Below are positions 33,495 to 45,459 of a stretch of 64,000 nucleotides of DNA, in pieces; position 1 is the stretch's first letter; each line of letters opens with the position of its first letter. The translations under genes were made by a program, and so were the position numbers. The stretch covers positions 124,001 through 188,000 of the forward strand of contig JASTWF010000328.1 in the NCBI GenBank assembly GCA_030390025.1. The letters are read 5' to 3'. Source of the DNA: Squalus acanthias (taxonomy: Eukaryota). The notes under the pieces were generated by a model that saw only the letters and a list, made by a program, of their open reading frames with translations, made no database searches and was not told where the DNA came from.

Positions 33495-34745
33495 AATGTA
33501 AGAATTAGGAACAGGAGTAGGCCATATAGCCCTTCGAGCCTGTTCCCCCATTCAATAAGATCATGGTTAATCTTCGACTTCAACTCCACTTTCTCGCCCG
33601 AACCCCATATCCCATGATTCCCCTGGAGTCCAAAAATCTATCTATCTCAGCCTTGAATATACTCAATGACTCAACATCCACAGCCCTATGGGATAGAGAA
33701 TTACAGAGATTTACAACCCTTTGAGTAAAGTAATTCCTCCTCATCTCAGTCTTAAATGGCCAACCCCTTATCCTGAGACTATGCCCCCTAGTTCTAGACT
33801 CTCCAGCCAGGGGAAACAATCTATCAGCATCTACCCTGTCAATCTCCTTCAGAATATTATATATTTCAATCAGATCAGCTCTCATTCTTCTAAACTCCAG
33901 AGAGTATAGGCCCAATCTACTCAATCTCTCCTCATAGGACAGCCCTCTCATCCCAGGGATCAATCTAGTGAACCTTCGTTGCACCAGCTCTAAGGCACAT
34001 ATGTCCTTTCTCAGATAAGGAGACCAAAACTGTGCACAGTACTCCAGGTGTGGTCTCACCAGAACCCTGTACAATTGTAGTAAAACTTCCTTACTCTTGT
34101 ACTCCAACCCCCTTGCAATAAAGGCCAACATGCCATTTGCCTTCCTAATTGTTTGCTGTACCTGCATGCTAACTTTCATAGAACCATAGAATCATAGAAT
34201 GGTTACAGCACAGAAGGAGGACATTCGGCCCATCGAGCCCGTGCCGGCTCTCTGCAAGATCACTTCAGCTAGTCCCACTCCCCCGCCCTTTTCCCGTAGC
34301 CCTGCAGAAAATTTTCTTTCAGGTACTCATCCAATTCCCGATTGAAAGCTGTGATTGAATCTGCCTCCACCACCCTTTCAGGCAGTGAATTCCAGATCCT
34401 AATCACTCGGTGTGTAAAAAAGTTTTTCCTCATGTCGCCTTTGGTTCTTCTGCCAATCACCATAAATCTGTGTCCTCTGGTTCTCAACCCTTCCGCCAAT
34501 GGGAACAGTTTCTCTCTCTCTACTCTGTCCAGACCCCTCATGACTTTCTGTGTTTCCTGGACGAGGACACCTAAATCTCTCTGAACACCAACATTTAATA
34601 GTTTCTCACCATTTAAAAAAATATTCTATTTCTCTATTCTTCCTACCAAAGTGAATAACCTCACATTTCCTCACATAATACTCCATCTGCCACCTTATTG
34701 CCCACTCACCTGTTTATATTCCTTTGCAGGCTCTTTGTTTCCTCC
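33495..34745 (-). mobile_element. CR1-type LINE fragment with a nested second CR1 3' end (about 34178-34545)
   Basis: ORFs 33580-34179 and 34269-34541 with typical CR1 C-terminal motifs and two 3' tails. Confidence 0.9.
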
Positions 34746-35039
34746 TCGCAGCTTACTTTCCCAGTTGCAGTTTGTGGTGGAATACATTCTACAACTGCTG
34801 ATTGCCCACAGCGCCTCGTGGCTGCCCAGTTTTGAACTGTTAGGTCTGTTCTTAGTCTATGTCACTTAGCACAGTGGTAGTGCCGCACAATACAATGGAG
34901 GGTGTCCTCAGTGTGAAGACTTGGTCTCCGCAAGGACCAACTTGGTATCATCTGCAACATGCCTCCAATTTTTGAGTCCATATAATGGTGAACAACATGG
35001 GTCCCAGCACAGATCTTCTCACTTTCTGCCAGTCTGAGA

Positions 35040-35965
35040 AACTTCCCTTGCTCTTACTCTCTGATTTCTGTTTTGTAGCCATCTTTTCACCAAAACATGC
35101 TACTTGGCCCTTGACTCCACACGGCCTGACCTTTGACTCCACACAATCTGACCTTTGGTTATCTTGTAGATCGTATACACTGCAGACAAAGTGCACCAGT
35201 GGTGGAGGGGATCGATATTGAGTCCTGTGGCAAGTGTGCTGCTGAAGTGGACTTCTCTGTCCCGTGTGTTTTGATGGGTCGCTAGTGGCGTTTTTCACCT
35301 ATTTCCACCTTGGGAAAAAAAATTGCTGCCAGCTTCTCCGGTAAGACATACAAAAATATGGTGCCTCGTAAGTTTCCCTCTGAATAACAGGACTGCACTG
35401 AAGTTAGAAAACACAGTTAGTAAACATTTAGCAATTAAACCGGACTGGGCGGGGCCTGAGGTACGAGTTGGTAACTGAAAAGTGGCGGCCAGCGTACTTC
35501 ACACGATGGCAGAGGGACCGGGCATGTGGGTTTCTATATAATTAATTAATTAATTTTGTTGATTGCCTCTCCGGGCTCAATCTCGATGGAATAATTTTTT
35601 TAATGTTCTGTTCCCCAATTGGGGCTTTCAATGGCGGGGTGTTTACCCAGAATCCCCCGCGAGGCAGAATGTGCCCTATCAATGACCACAGGAGCCCAGT
35701 GCGCAGGCGCGGGACCGGGCAGTGCTCTGAGCATGCGCAGTGCGAGTGTTGGCGATGGTCTAAAGCAGAAGAGACGGTTCCGGGAGGCGGCAGGAGATTG
35801 TGGGCTCGGGGAGGAATTGGACCCGCGGGTGGGCTGGGAAACTTCATAAACACCCGGTGTAGGCCTCAGGCCCCGAATAAGAGCCCTCAGGCCCCGTGTT
35901 TGCCCCGCGGTGACAGGCCCGGCCGCCCGGGTCAGCGGGGTCACTGGCCGCCATCTTGGACAGGG
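35040..35965 (+). promoter_or_regulatory. Upstream block plus CpG-island promoter of locus H; inverted duplicate of about 30970-32070
   Basis: Reverse-complement homology; NRF1-like GAGCATGCGCA; GGCCGCCATCTTGG at about 35946. Confidence 0.7.
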
Positions 35966-36009
35966 CGGATGATTCTCTGAAAACTAACAGAACCAAAGAA
36001 AGAAATGAT

Positions 36010-36670
36010 CAGAAACAACAGCAAAATACTGCGGCTGCTGGAAATCTGAAATAACAACAGGAAATGCTGGAAACAGATTTTAAGCAGGTGCAGAGGCTGG
36101 GAAAGGGGAGGAAGGAACAGTCTGTGCTCGGGTAGGAGGCAGGAGGGATAAAATGTTGCAAATGGGGATGGCAAAACCATAAACAGCCTGAAAAATGGGG
36201 GCAGGGGTTATAGTCTGAAATTGTTGAACTCAATGTTGAGTCCTGAAGGCTGTAAAGTGCCTAATCGAAAGATGAGGTGCTGTTCCTCGAGCTTACGTTG
36301 AGCTTCATTGGAACAGTGTAAGAGGCCGAGGACAGAGAGATCAGAGTGGGAGTGAAGCGGAGAATTAAAGTGACAGGCGACCAGAAGCTCGGGGTCACCC
36401 TTATGGACTGAATGGAGGAGTTCCGCAAAGCGGTCGCCCAATCTGCATTTAGTCTCCCCAATGTAGAGGAGACCGCGTCGTGAGCAGCGAATACAGTATA
36501 CTAAATTGCAAGAAGTACAAGTAAATCGCTGTTTCACCTGGAAGGGTGTTTGGGGCCCTGGACAGTGGGAAGGGAGGATGTAAAAGGGCATGTGTAGCAT
36601 CCCCTGCACTTGCACGGGAAGGTGCTGGGCGAAGGGGAAGGGCTGTTGGGGGTGATTGAGGAGTGGACCA
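36010..36670 (-). mobile_element. Penelope-like element GIY-YIG fragment plus pLTR remnant
   Basis: FTCTSCNLVYCIRCSRRGLLYIGETKCRLGDRFAE...LGTLQPSGLNIEF. Confidence 0.9.
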
Positions 36671-37408
36671 TCACATAGTCCATCTCTGACTCTTCCCTTC
36701 CCTTCCTTGACTTCTCTGTCTCCATTTCTGGTAATAGACTATCGACAAACATCCACTACAAGCCCACTGACTCCCACAGCTACCTGGACTACACTTCCTC
36801 CCACCCCGCTTCCTGTAAGGACTCTATTCCATTCTCCCAGTTTCTCCATCTCCACCGCATCTGTTATGATGATGCCACCTTCCATACCAGTGCTTCCGAC
36901 ATGTCTTCCTTTTTCCTCAACCGAGGATTCCCCTCTACTGTGGTTGACTCAGCCCTTGACCGTGTCCATTCCATTTCCCGCACTTCTGCTCTCATCCCTT
37001 CCCCTCCCTCTCAGAACCACGATAGGGTTCCCCTTGTCCTCACCTTTCACCCCACCAGCCTCCACATTCAACGGATCATCCTCCGCCATTTCCGCCACCT
37101 CCAGCGTGATCCCACCACCAAACACATCTTCCTCTCCACCCCCTTTCAGCATTCCGCAGGGACCGTTCCCTCTGCGACACCCTGGTCCACTCCTCAATCA
37201 CACCCAACAGCCCTTCCCCCGGCACCTTCCCGTGCAAGTGCAGGAGATGCAACACCTGCCCTTTTACCTCCTCCCTTCCCACTGTCCAGGGCCCCAAACA
37301 CCCTTCCAGGTGAAACAGCAATTTACTTGTACTTCTTGCAATTTAGAACACTGTATTCGCTGCTCACGATGCGGTCTCCTCCACATTGGGGAGACCAAAC
37401 GCAGATTC
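36670..37408 (+). mobile_element. Penelope-like element RT thumb/linker and GIY-YIG start, inverted relative to its neighbour
   Basis: DMSSFFLNRGFP, DRVPLVLTFHP, CIRCSRCGLLHIGETKR. Confidence 0.88.
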
Positions 37409-37619
37409 CTTCACAACTGTAACAATTTTATTGCGGTTGCTGTGAAGGCTGCGCTCACTCTGCTCGTACACCTGGTCTCCAAAGGAGGCAAAACAGGACT
37501 AATGCTGCCGAGCTCAGCTCTTTTTGATCAGAAAATATCAACTGTTTCGCCTCACCAGGAAATGCACAGAAGAGGCAGCAGTGCTCATTGGCTGCCCAGG
37601 AAAGTCCTATTTAGATTAA

Positions 37620-37865
37620 ACTCCTTCACCCAGAGAATGCTGAGAATGTGGAACTTGCTGCCACAGTGAGTAGTTGAGGCGAAGAGCAGGGATGCATTTA
37701 AGGGGAAGCTGGATAAACACATGGGAGAAAGGAATAGAAGGAGATGCTGATAGGGTGAGATGAAGAGAGATGGGAGGAGGCTCGTGTGGAGCATAAACAC
37801 CGCATGGACCAGTTGGGCCGATTGGCCTGTTTCTGTGCTGTACAATCTATGTAATTCTATGTAAT
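37620..37865 (+). mobile_element. CR1 3' end
   Basis: FTQRMLRMWNLLP; GGGCCGATTGGCCTGTTTCTGTGCTGTA tail. Confidence 0.8.
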
Positions 37866-38237
37866 AAGAGAGGAAAGAATGTTCCATAGAAACTGGAATT
37901 ATCTGTTCTGAATTTTAATCCTCAACTTACAGTGATGTCTTTTGTAAACTGCTTTTACAGGGAATATCATAGGCCTTTGAATGTGGAAGGAGAAATGTTT
38001 GCCTGTTCTGTCTGTGGGAAAAGGTTTCAAACGTCACTGTGACTGGAAAAGCACCGAGACACACACACCCGAGTGAGAGTGTCCCAGTGCACTGACTGTG
38101 GAAAGAGCTTTAACCAGTTACACAGCCTGAAAAAACATCGCACCGTTCACAGCGGGGAGAAACCGTACACGTGTTCTGTGTGTGGACGAGGCTTCAACTG
38201 ATCGTCCAACCTGGAGAGCCACAAGGACACCCGCACC

Positions 38238-38996
38238 ACGGAGAAACCTTGGAAATGTGGGGACTGTGGGAAGGGATACAATTACCCCTCCCGGCTGGAA
38301 ATTCATCGACGCAGTCACATTGGGGAGAGGCCGTTCATCTGCCCCGTGTGTGGGAAGGGATTCACTTGGGCATCCGTCCTCCGAACACACCAGCGAGTTC
38401 ACAGTGATGAGAGACCGTTCAGTTGCTCTCAGTGTGGGAAGAAGTTCAGGCAGTCAGCCACCCTCATTGGGCACAAACGTATTCACACTGGAGAGAGACC
38501 GTTCACCTGCACGGTATGTGGGAAGGGATTCATTTCTTTTTCCCACCTCACTCTTCACAAGCGAGCTCACACTGGAGAGAGACCGTTCATCTGCTCTGTG
38601 TGTGGGAAAGGATTCAGTTCCTCATCCAACCATTTGAGACACCAGACTGATCACACTGAGGAGAGGCCGTTCACCTGCACAGTGTGTGGGAAGGGATTCA
38701 CCCGTTCATCCCACCTTCTGACTCATCAGCGCACTCACACTGGGGAGAGGCCATTTTCCTGCTCGGTATGTGGAAAGCGATACATTTGTTCATCCCACCT
38801 CACTACACACCAACTTGCTCACTCTGATAAGAGACCTTTTAAATGTTCTGATTGTGAGAAGAGCTTTAAAAGCACAAATGAGCTGGCGAAACACCAGCGA
38901 GTTCACACTGGGGAGCTGCCGTTCGCCTGCTCCATGTGTGGGAAGCGATTCACTCGTTCATCCCATCTGCTGGCACACCAGCGAGTTCACAAGTGA
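38238..38996 (+). CDS. C2H2 zinc-finger protein (locus H, class I), nine intact fingers from a candidate ACG start (exon from 37961)
   Basis: Open 38202-38996 with all Cys/His ligands intact; TGAs at 38040 and 38199; the only in-frame ATG is in the last finger. Confidence 0.75.
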   Translation, partial: TEKPWKCGDCGKGYNYPSRLEIHRRSHIGERPFICPVCGKGFTWASVLRTHQRVHSDERPFSCSQCGKKFRQSATLIGHKRIHTGERPFTCTVCGKGFISFSHLTLHKRAHTGERPFICSVCGKGFSSSSNHLRHQTDHTEERPFTCTVCGKGFTRSSHLLTHQRTHTGERPFSCSVCGKRYICSSHLTTHQLAHSDKRPFKCSDCEKSFKSTNELAKHQRVHTGELPFACSMCGKRFTRSSHLLAHQRVHK

Positions 38997-39054
38997 CTGC
39001 AGGGGTTGGATTCTGCTGTTAATCTCATCCAACAGCTTGCATTTACATAGCACC

Positions 39055-39470
39055 TTTTACTCTGCTGCCTGTATCCTAACTCTCACCGAGTCCCGTTCAC
39101 CCATCTCCCCTGTGCTCGCTGACCTACATTGGCTCCCGGTTGAGTAACGCCTCGATTTTAAAATTCTCATGCTTGTTTTCAAATCCCTCCACGGTCCCTC
39201 GCCCCTCCCTATCTCTAACCTCCTCCAGCCCAACAACCCTCCGAGATCTCTGGCCTCCTCCAATTCTGGCCTCTTGAGCATCGTCCATTTTAATCGCTCC
39301 ACCATAGGCAGCCGTGCCTTCAGCTGCCTCGGCCCTAAGCTCTGGAATTCCCTCCCTAAACCTCTTCGCCTCTCTTTCCTCCTTAAAGACGCTCTTTAAA
39401 ACCTACCTCTTTAACCAAGCTTTTGATCACCTGCCTTAACCTCTCCCTGCCTGGCTCGGTGTCGAGCTTT
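39055..39470 (+). mobile_element. L2-type LINE 3' fragment in the 3' UTR of locus H
   Basis: ISPVLADLHWLPV...GSRAFSCLGPKLWNSLP. Confidence 0.85.
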
Positions 39471-39659
39471 CGTGAAGTGTTTCGGGCACTTTATTAAAGA
39501 CACATACAGCAGAAGCACATTAATCTGATGGGAGATCACTGACACACCAAGCCACGAATAGAGATATTAGGACAGGTGACCAAAAGCTTGGTCAAAGAGA
39601 GAGGTTTAAAAGAGCGTCTTAAAGTATAAGGGAGAGGTAGCGAGGCGGAGAGATCTGGG

Positions 39660-40860
39660 GAACATCAGAACTAGGAGCACTCACTTAGTGCCCCAAAATC
39701 TATCGATCTCAGCCTTGAATATACTCAATGACTGAGCCTCCACAGCCCTCTGGGGTAGAGAATTCCACAGATTCACCACCCTCTGAGTGAAGAAATTTCT
39801 CCTCATCTCAGTCCCAAATGGCCGCCCCCTTATCCTGAGAATATGCCCCCTGGTTCTAGACTCCCCAGCCAGGGGAAACATCCTCCAACATCTACCCTGT
39901 CAAGCCCTGTGAGAGTTTTGTATGTTTCAATGAGGTCACCTCTCATTCTTCTAAACTCTGGAGAATATAGGCCTAGTCTACTCAATCTGTCCTCATAGGA
40001 CAGCCCTCTCATCCCAGGAATCAATCTCGTGAACCTTCGTTACACCCCAGCTAAGGCCTTAGGTACGGAGACCAAAACTGTGCACAATACTCCAGGTGTG
40101 GTCTCACCAAAGCCCAAAATAATTGCAGCAAGACTTCCTCACTCTTATACTCCAACCCTGCCACCCCATTAGCGGAGGCATAGAATATAAGAGCAGGGAG
40201 GTTATGATGGAGCTGTACACAACGTTAGTTAGGCCACAGCTAGAATACTGTGTGCAGTTCTGGTCGCCACACTATAGGAAGGATGTGATTGCATTGGAGA
40301 GCGTGCAGAGGAGATTCACCAGGATGTTACCTGGGCTGGAGCGCTTCAGCTATGAAGAGAGACTGGACAGGGGTTGTTTTCCTTAGAGCAGAGAAGGCTG
40401 AGGGGGGACCTGATTGAGGTGTAAAAAACTATGAGGGGCATAGATAGGGCAGATAGAAAGGAACTTTTCCCCTTAGTCGAGGGGTCAATAACCAGGGGGC
40501 ATAGTTTCAAGGTAAGGGGCAGGAGGTTTAGAGGGGATTTGAGGAAAAACTTTTTCACCCAGAGGGTGATTGGAATGTGGAACTCACTGCCTGAAAGGGT
40601 GGTAGAGGCAGGAACCCTCACAACATTCAAGAAGCATTTAGATGAGCACTTGAAATGCCATAGCATACAAGGCTACGGACCAAGTGCTGGAAAATGGGAT
40701 TAGAATAGACAGGGCTTGATGGCCGGTGCGGACACGATGGGCCGAAGGGCCTCTTTCTGTGCTGGATAACTCGATGACTCTATGACCCCATTGCAATAAA
40801 GGCTAACATACCGTTTGCCTTCCTAATTGCTTGCTGCACCTGCATGTTAACTTTCTTGCT
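39660..40860 (-). mobile_element. CR1 fragment with a nested opposite-strand CR1 (40171-40784)
   Basis: CR1 C-terminal ORFs on both strands; ACCCCATT duplicated at 40163-40170 and 40785-40792. Confidence 0.85.
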
Positions 40861-40923
40861 GTACCTGCATGTTAACGTTCTTGCTGTACCTGCATGTTAA
40901 CTTTCTTGCTGTACCTGCATGTT
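40831..40923. repeat. 25-bp tandem repeat, about 4 copies, CR1-derived
   Basis: TTGCTGTACCTGCATGTTAACTTTC. Confidence 0.85.
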
Positions 40924-41296
40924 CTGGGAGGGAAATCCAGAGCTTGGGGCCTTGGCAGCTGAAGGCACAGCCGCCAATGGTGGGGCGATAAAAATCAGGG
41001 ATGTGAAAGAGGGCAGAATTGGGGGCTACATAGATAGGGACTGAATCTCTTCATTCTGGCAGTTGGGGGTTTGTTTCTGATGTCAATAATCCCCTCTTTC
41101 ACCTTTGATGTGTGAATAGACCATCACGCCTGCAAACCTCGTTTTACATATAAATCCATTCAGCAAATTTATTGTTCAAATGATGAACAAGTAATCAGAT
41201 CATGGCCCAATCCTCCAGCTCTATATTGACAGGAGAAAGTCTGTTCTATAACTCGAGGACAAGCTCTGAATGGTGGTAATCACAAGTAGACTTTTA

Positions 41297-41432
41297 GGGG
41301 TACGGTAGCATATTGGTTATGTTACCGGACCAGTAATCCGGAGACCCGAGTTCAAATCCCACCACAGCAGCTGGGGGATTTAAATTCAGTTAATTGAATA
41401 AATCTGGAATTAAAAAGCTAGTGTCAGTACCA
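41297..41432 (+). mobile_element. tRNA-derived SINE head (second family)
   Basis: GGTAGCATATTGG (A-box-like), GAGTTCAAATCCC (B box), TTTAAATTCAGTTAAT. Confidence 0.6.
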
Positions 41433-42319
41433 TGGGAAACACCTGGTGCTGTTTGGTAACACCAGCCTGTGTAACCAAGGGAAAGAGAGAATGGAAAATG
41501 ACAGCAAGAATGGTCCAAGAGACAGTCCGTGAGCCCGGCCAGGGCTCAGCATGAGTCAGACCAGAAAAACGTGATGCAGGAAGTCGGTGGATTATTAACC
41601 TCTTACCACGCAGGATGTTGGCAGAGAATTAACCTTTCAGTGTTCACGAAGCAGAAGAATCGGCCATTCGGAGTTTTGAATTGCATTACTGATTTAAAGG
41701 TTGTATGCATCGCTCTCTGTAAACCTGTACTGTTTTAATGTTAATAAAACTATTAGAAAAGTTTAAAGTCTCGTTTGATGTCATCTCTGATTACCCTAAA
41801 GAGCTCAGAGAGTAAAAACAAACACCTTACAGAGGAGAGACCGGGATTGGTGGAAGGGCGGCTGAAGGCTTCCTGGGGGAACATTCCTGCTCCTCCTGGC
41901 CCACAAGGAGTGCCAAAAAAATGCTGTTAGCTTCTGGAGCCTGCATTTTGCTGCCGGGTTTCCCGAGCCCTGGGAAAGCAGGCCGGCAACTATTAAATTT
42001 AAATCAGGCTCCCAATTGCACGGTGGGAGTCAGACTTAAATATGATACTGAAGTGTCCCGCCTCTCACATGGCTCGAAACACGCCGGCGTAAATTGGCAG
42101 CAGGTGTGTCTCTTTAAAAATCTACCTCACTCCTGCAGGCAGCAGCACCTTGCCTTTAACTACCAAAAAAACAACAACACACAGAAAGGTGAAGCTGTGT
42201 GGGTCCCTTTAACTGCCAACTCCACAGAGACAGAGCCCCTACTGTCCCTTTAAGAATGAGTGAGGTGTTCAGATGCAGATTGCTGGGGGTGTGAGACAGC
42301 CCAGTCTCCTTGATTCTGA

Positions 42320-42960
42320 TCATTAATGGCCGCGGCCTCTTGTGTTTCTGTCCATTTGATTCATTCCCGCTCCGCCTCCATCTCACTGCGATCAGTGAAA
42401 TCTCCAATTAATGACCTTCAATGGCAGAGATTATTGCCCAGCATGCGCAGGCGCAGGAGAATCCGACCTGTCACAGGAGCCCAGCGCGCATGCGCGGGGG
42501 AATCCGCCCAGTCACTGGAGCCCAGTGCGCAGGCGCGGGGGGAATCCGTCCAGTCACAGGAGCCCAGTGCGCAGGCGCGGAAGAAATCGCCCTGTTACAG
42601 GAGCCCTGTGCGCAGGCGCGGGACAGGCTCTGCGCGGTCGCCGGGCGGAGCTGCTGGTCGGTGGGAGCGGACTCAGGAGATTAATAAACTGCGGGTAGGC
42701 CGCGCCGCAGGGTTTATAAAGCTGGAGAACGGCCTCAGGCCCGAGTAAGATCCCGAGGCCCGGTCTGTGTTCCGCCGGACGGCAGCGGTGAGGCTTTTTC
42801 TCGGTGACAGGCCCGGGTTGATTTGGGGGGAGGGGAGAGAGATACCGGTCGCCATCTTGGTAGGGGAAGGAGGGACAACACGGTTTCCTGTGTATCACGG
42901 CGCATGCGCGGCCATCTTGGTACAGGACCAGAGTGGGCGGGGCTTCAGGGTCCCAGTGAC
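42320..42960 (+). promoter_or_regulatory. CpG-island promoter of locus I with tandem NRF1-like modules
   Basis: Four to five copies of (TGCGCAGGCGC/GCGCATGCGC) at 42440-42620; GCCATCTTGG twice; GGGCGGGGC. Confidence 0.7.
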
Positions 42961-43104
42961 CAGGAGAGACAATCATTGACTCATTGATTTTATTCTCACT
43001 CTGCACACAGCGGGTGTGGAACTGAACCCAACCAGAGTAGAGGGAGGGGAAAACTGGGAGTGGTGGAAAGAAATGTTGGAGATGGTGCGATGGGTTTGGA
43101 TTTC

Positions 43105-44267
43105 TGAAAAACGCCCTCGTAAGAACGGGATATGACGCTCGACTCATCGATCGACAGTTCCGACGGGCCACAGCGAAAAATCGCATAGACCTCCTCAGAA
43201 GACAAACACGGGACACAACCAACAGGGTACCCTACGTCGTCCAGTACTTCCCCGGAGCGGAGAAACTACGCCATGTTCTTCGCAGCCTTCAACATGTCAT
43301 CGATGACGACAAACACCTCGCTAAGGCCATCCCCACGCCTCCACTACTTGCCTTCAAACAGCCGCCTAACCTCAGAAGTACCATCGTTCGCAGCAAATTA
43401 CCCAGCTTTCAGGATAACAGCGACCACGACACCACACAACCCTGCCATGGCAAACTCTGCAAGACATGCCAGATCATCAACACAGATACCACCATCACAC
43501 GTGAGGACACTACCCACCAGGTACATGGTACATACTCATGTGACTCGGCCAACGTTGTCTACCTCATACGTTGCAGGAAAGAATGCACCGCGGCATGGTA
43601 CATCGGCGAGACCATGCAGACACTGAGACAACGTATGAACGAGCACCGCGCAACAATCGCCAGGCAGGATTGTTACCTCCCAGTCGGGGAACACTTCAGC
43701 AGTCAAGGACATTCAGCCTCGGATCTGCGGGTAAGCGTTCTCCAAGGCAACCTTAGAAACACACGACAACGCAAAATCATCGAGCAGAAACTGATAGCCA
43801 AGTTCCGCACTCATGAAGACGGTCTCAATTGGGATCTTGGGTTTATGTCACGATACATGACGTGATCCGGACTCGAGTCGTCGTTAGCTTGTTCACAGAT
43901 GTGATTCCCAGTAAAAAAGTAAAAAAATGTTAAAGCTTTTCGTTTTACATACAGACGGCAGCTTTTGACACGTTAGAACCCCTGCGACTACACCTCATTG
44001 TCTCAGTTGTATCTTGCTATGTCTTTGATGTGGTACCTTCCTGGCTGACTTAATTAACTTTATCACACCTCGGCAGATAGTCAGGATGATTTAATTTATT
44101 GGTCTGCAATTGTAAAGTACACATGCTTTGTTTTCCATCTATATATGCTTTGGAGATTCTGTATCTAATTTACTTCACCTGAGGAAGGAGCAAATCGATA
44201 GCTCCGAAAGCTTGTGATTTCAAATAAAACTGTTGGACTATAACCTGGTGTTGTGCGACCTCTCAAT
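43105..44267 (+). mobile_element. Penelope-like element (second family), 5'-truncated, intronic, 10-bp TSD
   Basis: NRVPYVVQYFPG, NVVYLIRC...WYIGET, HFSSQGH...EQKLIAKF.THEDGLN; TSD TTTGGATTTC at 43095-43104 and 44268-44277. Confidence 0.9.
44175..44217 (+). ncRNA. Minimal hammerhead ribozyme motif
   Basis: TCAC-CTGAGGA-AGGAGC(AAATCGATA)GCTCC-GAAA-GCTT-GTGA; stem I TCAC/GTGA, stem II GGAGC/GCTCC. Confidence 0.8.
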
Positions 44268-44426
44268 TTTGGATTTCAGCACAGGGAGGAGGGAGAGAGT
44301 GTGGGACGGGGATTTACAGCTTTGGGGAAACAAGAGAGGAAAGATTGTTCCATAGAAACTAGAATTGTCTGTTCTGAATTTCTATCCTGTACTTACAGTG
44401 ATGACTTTTGTAAACTCCTTTTACAG

Positions 44427-45459
44427 GGTATTAGAAGAGGAAGATTTAGAGACAGGAAACTCAAACCAAACATCACAACAAGATCTGACAGAGTCACTCG
44501 ATTCATCAGGACTTGAATATCGACTTTTGAATCTGGAAGGAGAAATGTTTGTCTGTTGTGTCTGTGGGGAAAGATTTCAAACATAAGTGTGACTGGAAAA
44601 GCACCGAGACAGACACACCCGAGTGAGAGTGTTCCAGAGAACTGACTGTGGAAAGAGCTTTAACCTGTTACACAGCCTGAAAAAACATCGCACCTTTCAC
44701 AGCGGGGAGAAACCGTACACGTGTTCTGTGTGTGGACGAGGCTTCAACTGATCGTCCAACCTGGAGAGTCACAATGACACCCGCACCACGGAGAAACCCT
44801 GGAAATGTGGGGACTGTGGGAAGGGATTCAATTACCCGTCGCTACTTGAAACTCATCGATGCACTCACACCGGGGAGAGGCCATTCACCTGCTCCGTGTG
44901 TGGGAAGGGATTTGCTCAGTCATCCCAACTGCCGACACACCAGCGGGTTCACACTGGGGAGAGGCCATTCACCTGTTCTATGTGTGGAAAGAGATTTACT
45001 TCCTCATCCCAGCTCATCAAACACCAGCGAGTTCACACTGGGGAGAGGCCGTTTACCTGCTCCGTCTGTGGGCAGGGATTCACTCAATCATCCCATCTGT
45101 TGACACATCAGCGAGTGCACACCAGGGAGAGGCCGTTCACCTGTTCCTTGTGTGGGAAGGGATTCACTCATTCATCTACCCTGCTGACACACCAGCATGC
45201 TCACACTGGAGAGAGGCCGTTCACCTGCTCCGTGTGTGGGAAGGGATTCAATTCTTCATCGCACCTTCTGACACACCGGCGAGTTCACACTGGGGAGAGG
45301 CCGTTTATCTGCACCATGTGTGAAAAAGGATTCAATCGTTAATCCGATTTGCTGAGACACCAGCGTGTGCACATTTAGGAGAGGCCATTCACCTGCTCCA
45401 TTTGTGGGAAGGGATTCTCTCAGTCATCCCACCTGCTGACAAACCAGCAAGCTCACAAG
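44427..45459 (+). pseudogene. C2H2 ZNF locus I (class I) with extra stops and a CR1 inserted at its stop codon
   Basis: TAA 44584, TGA 44590, TGA 44749, ACG 44788, six intact fingers, then TAA 45340 and TAG 45376. Confidence 0.78.

Noticed and set aside
41470..41830. Solo LTR (TGTAA...TTACA with internal AATAAA)
   Set aside because: No target-site duplication and no second copy in the window; cannot be supported without a database search
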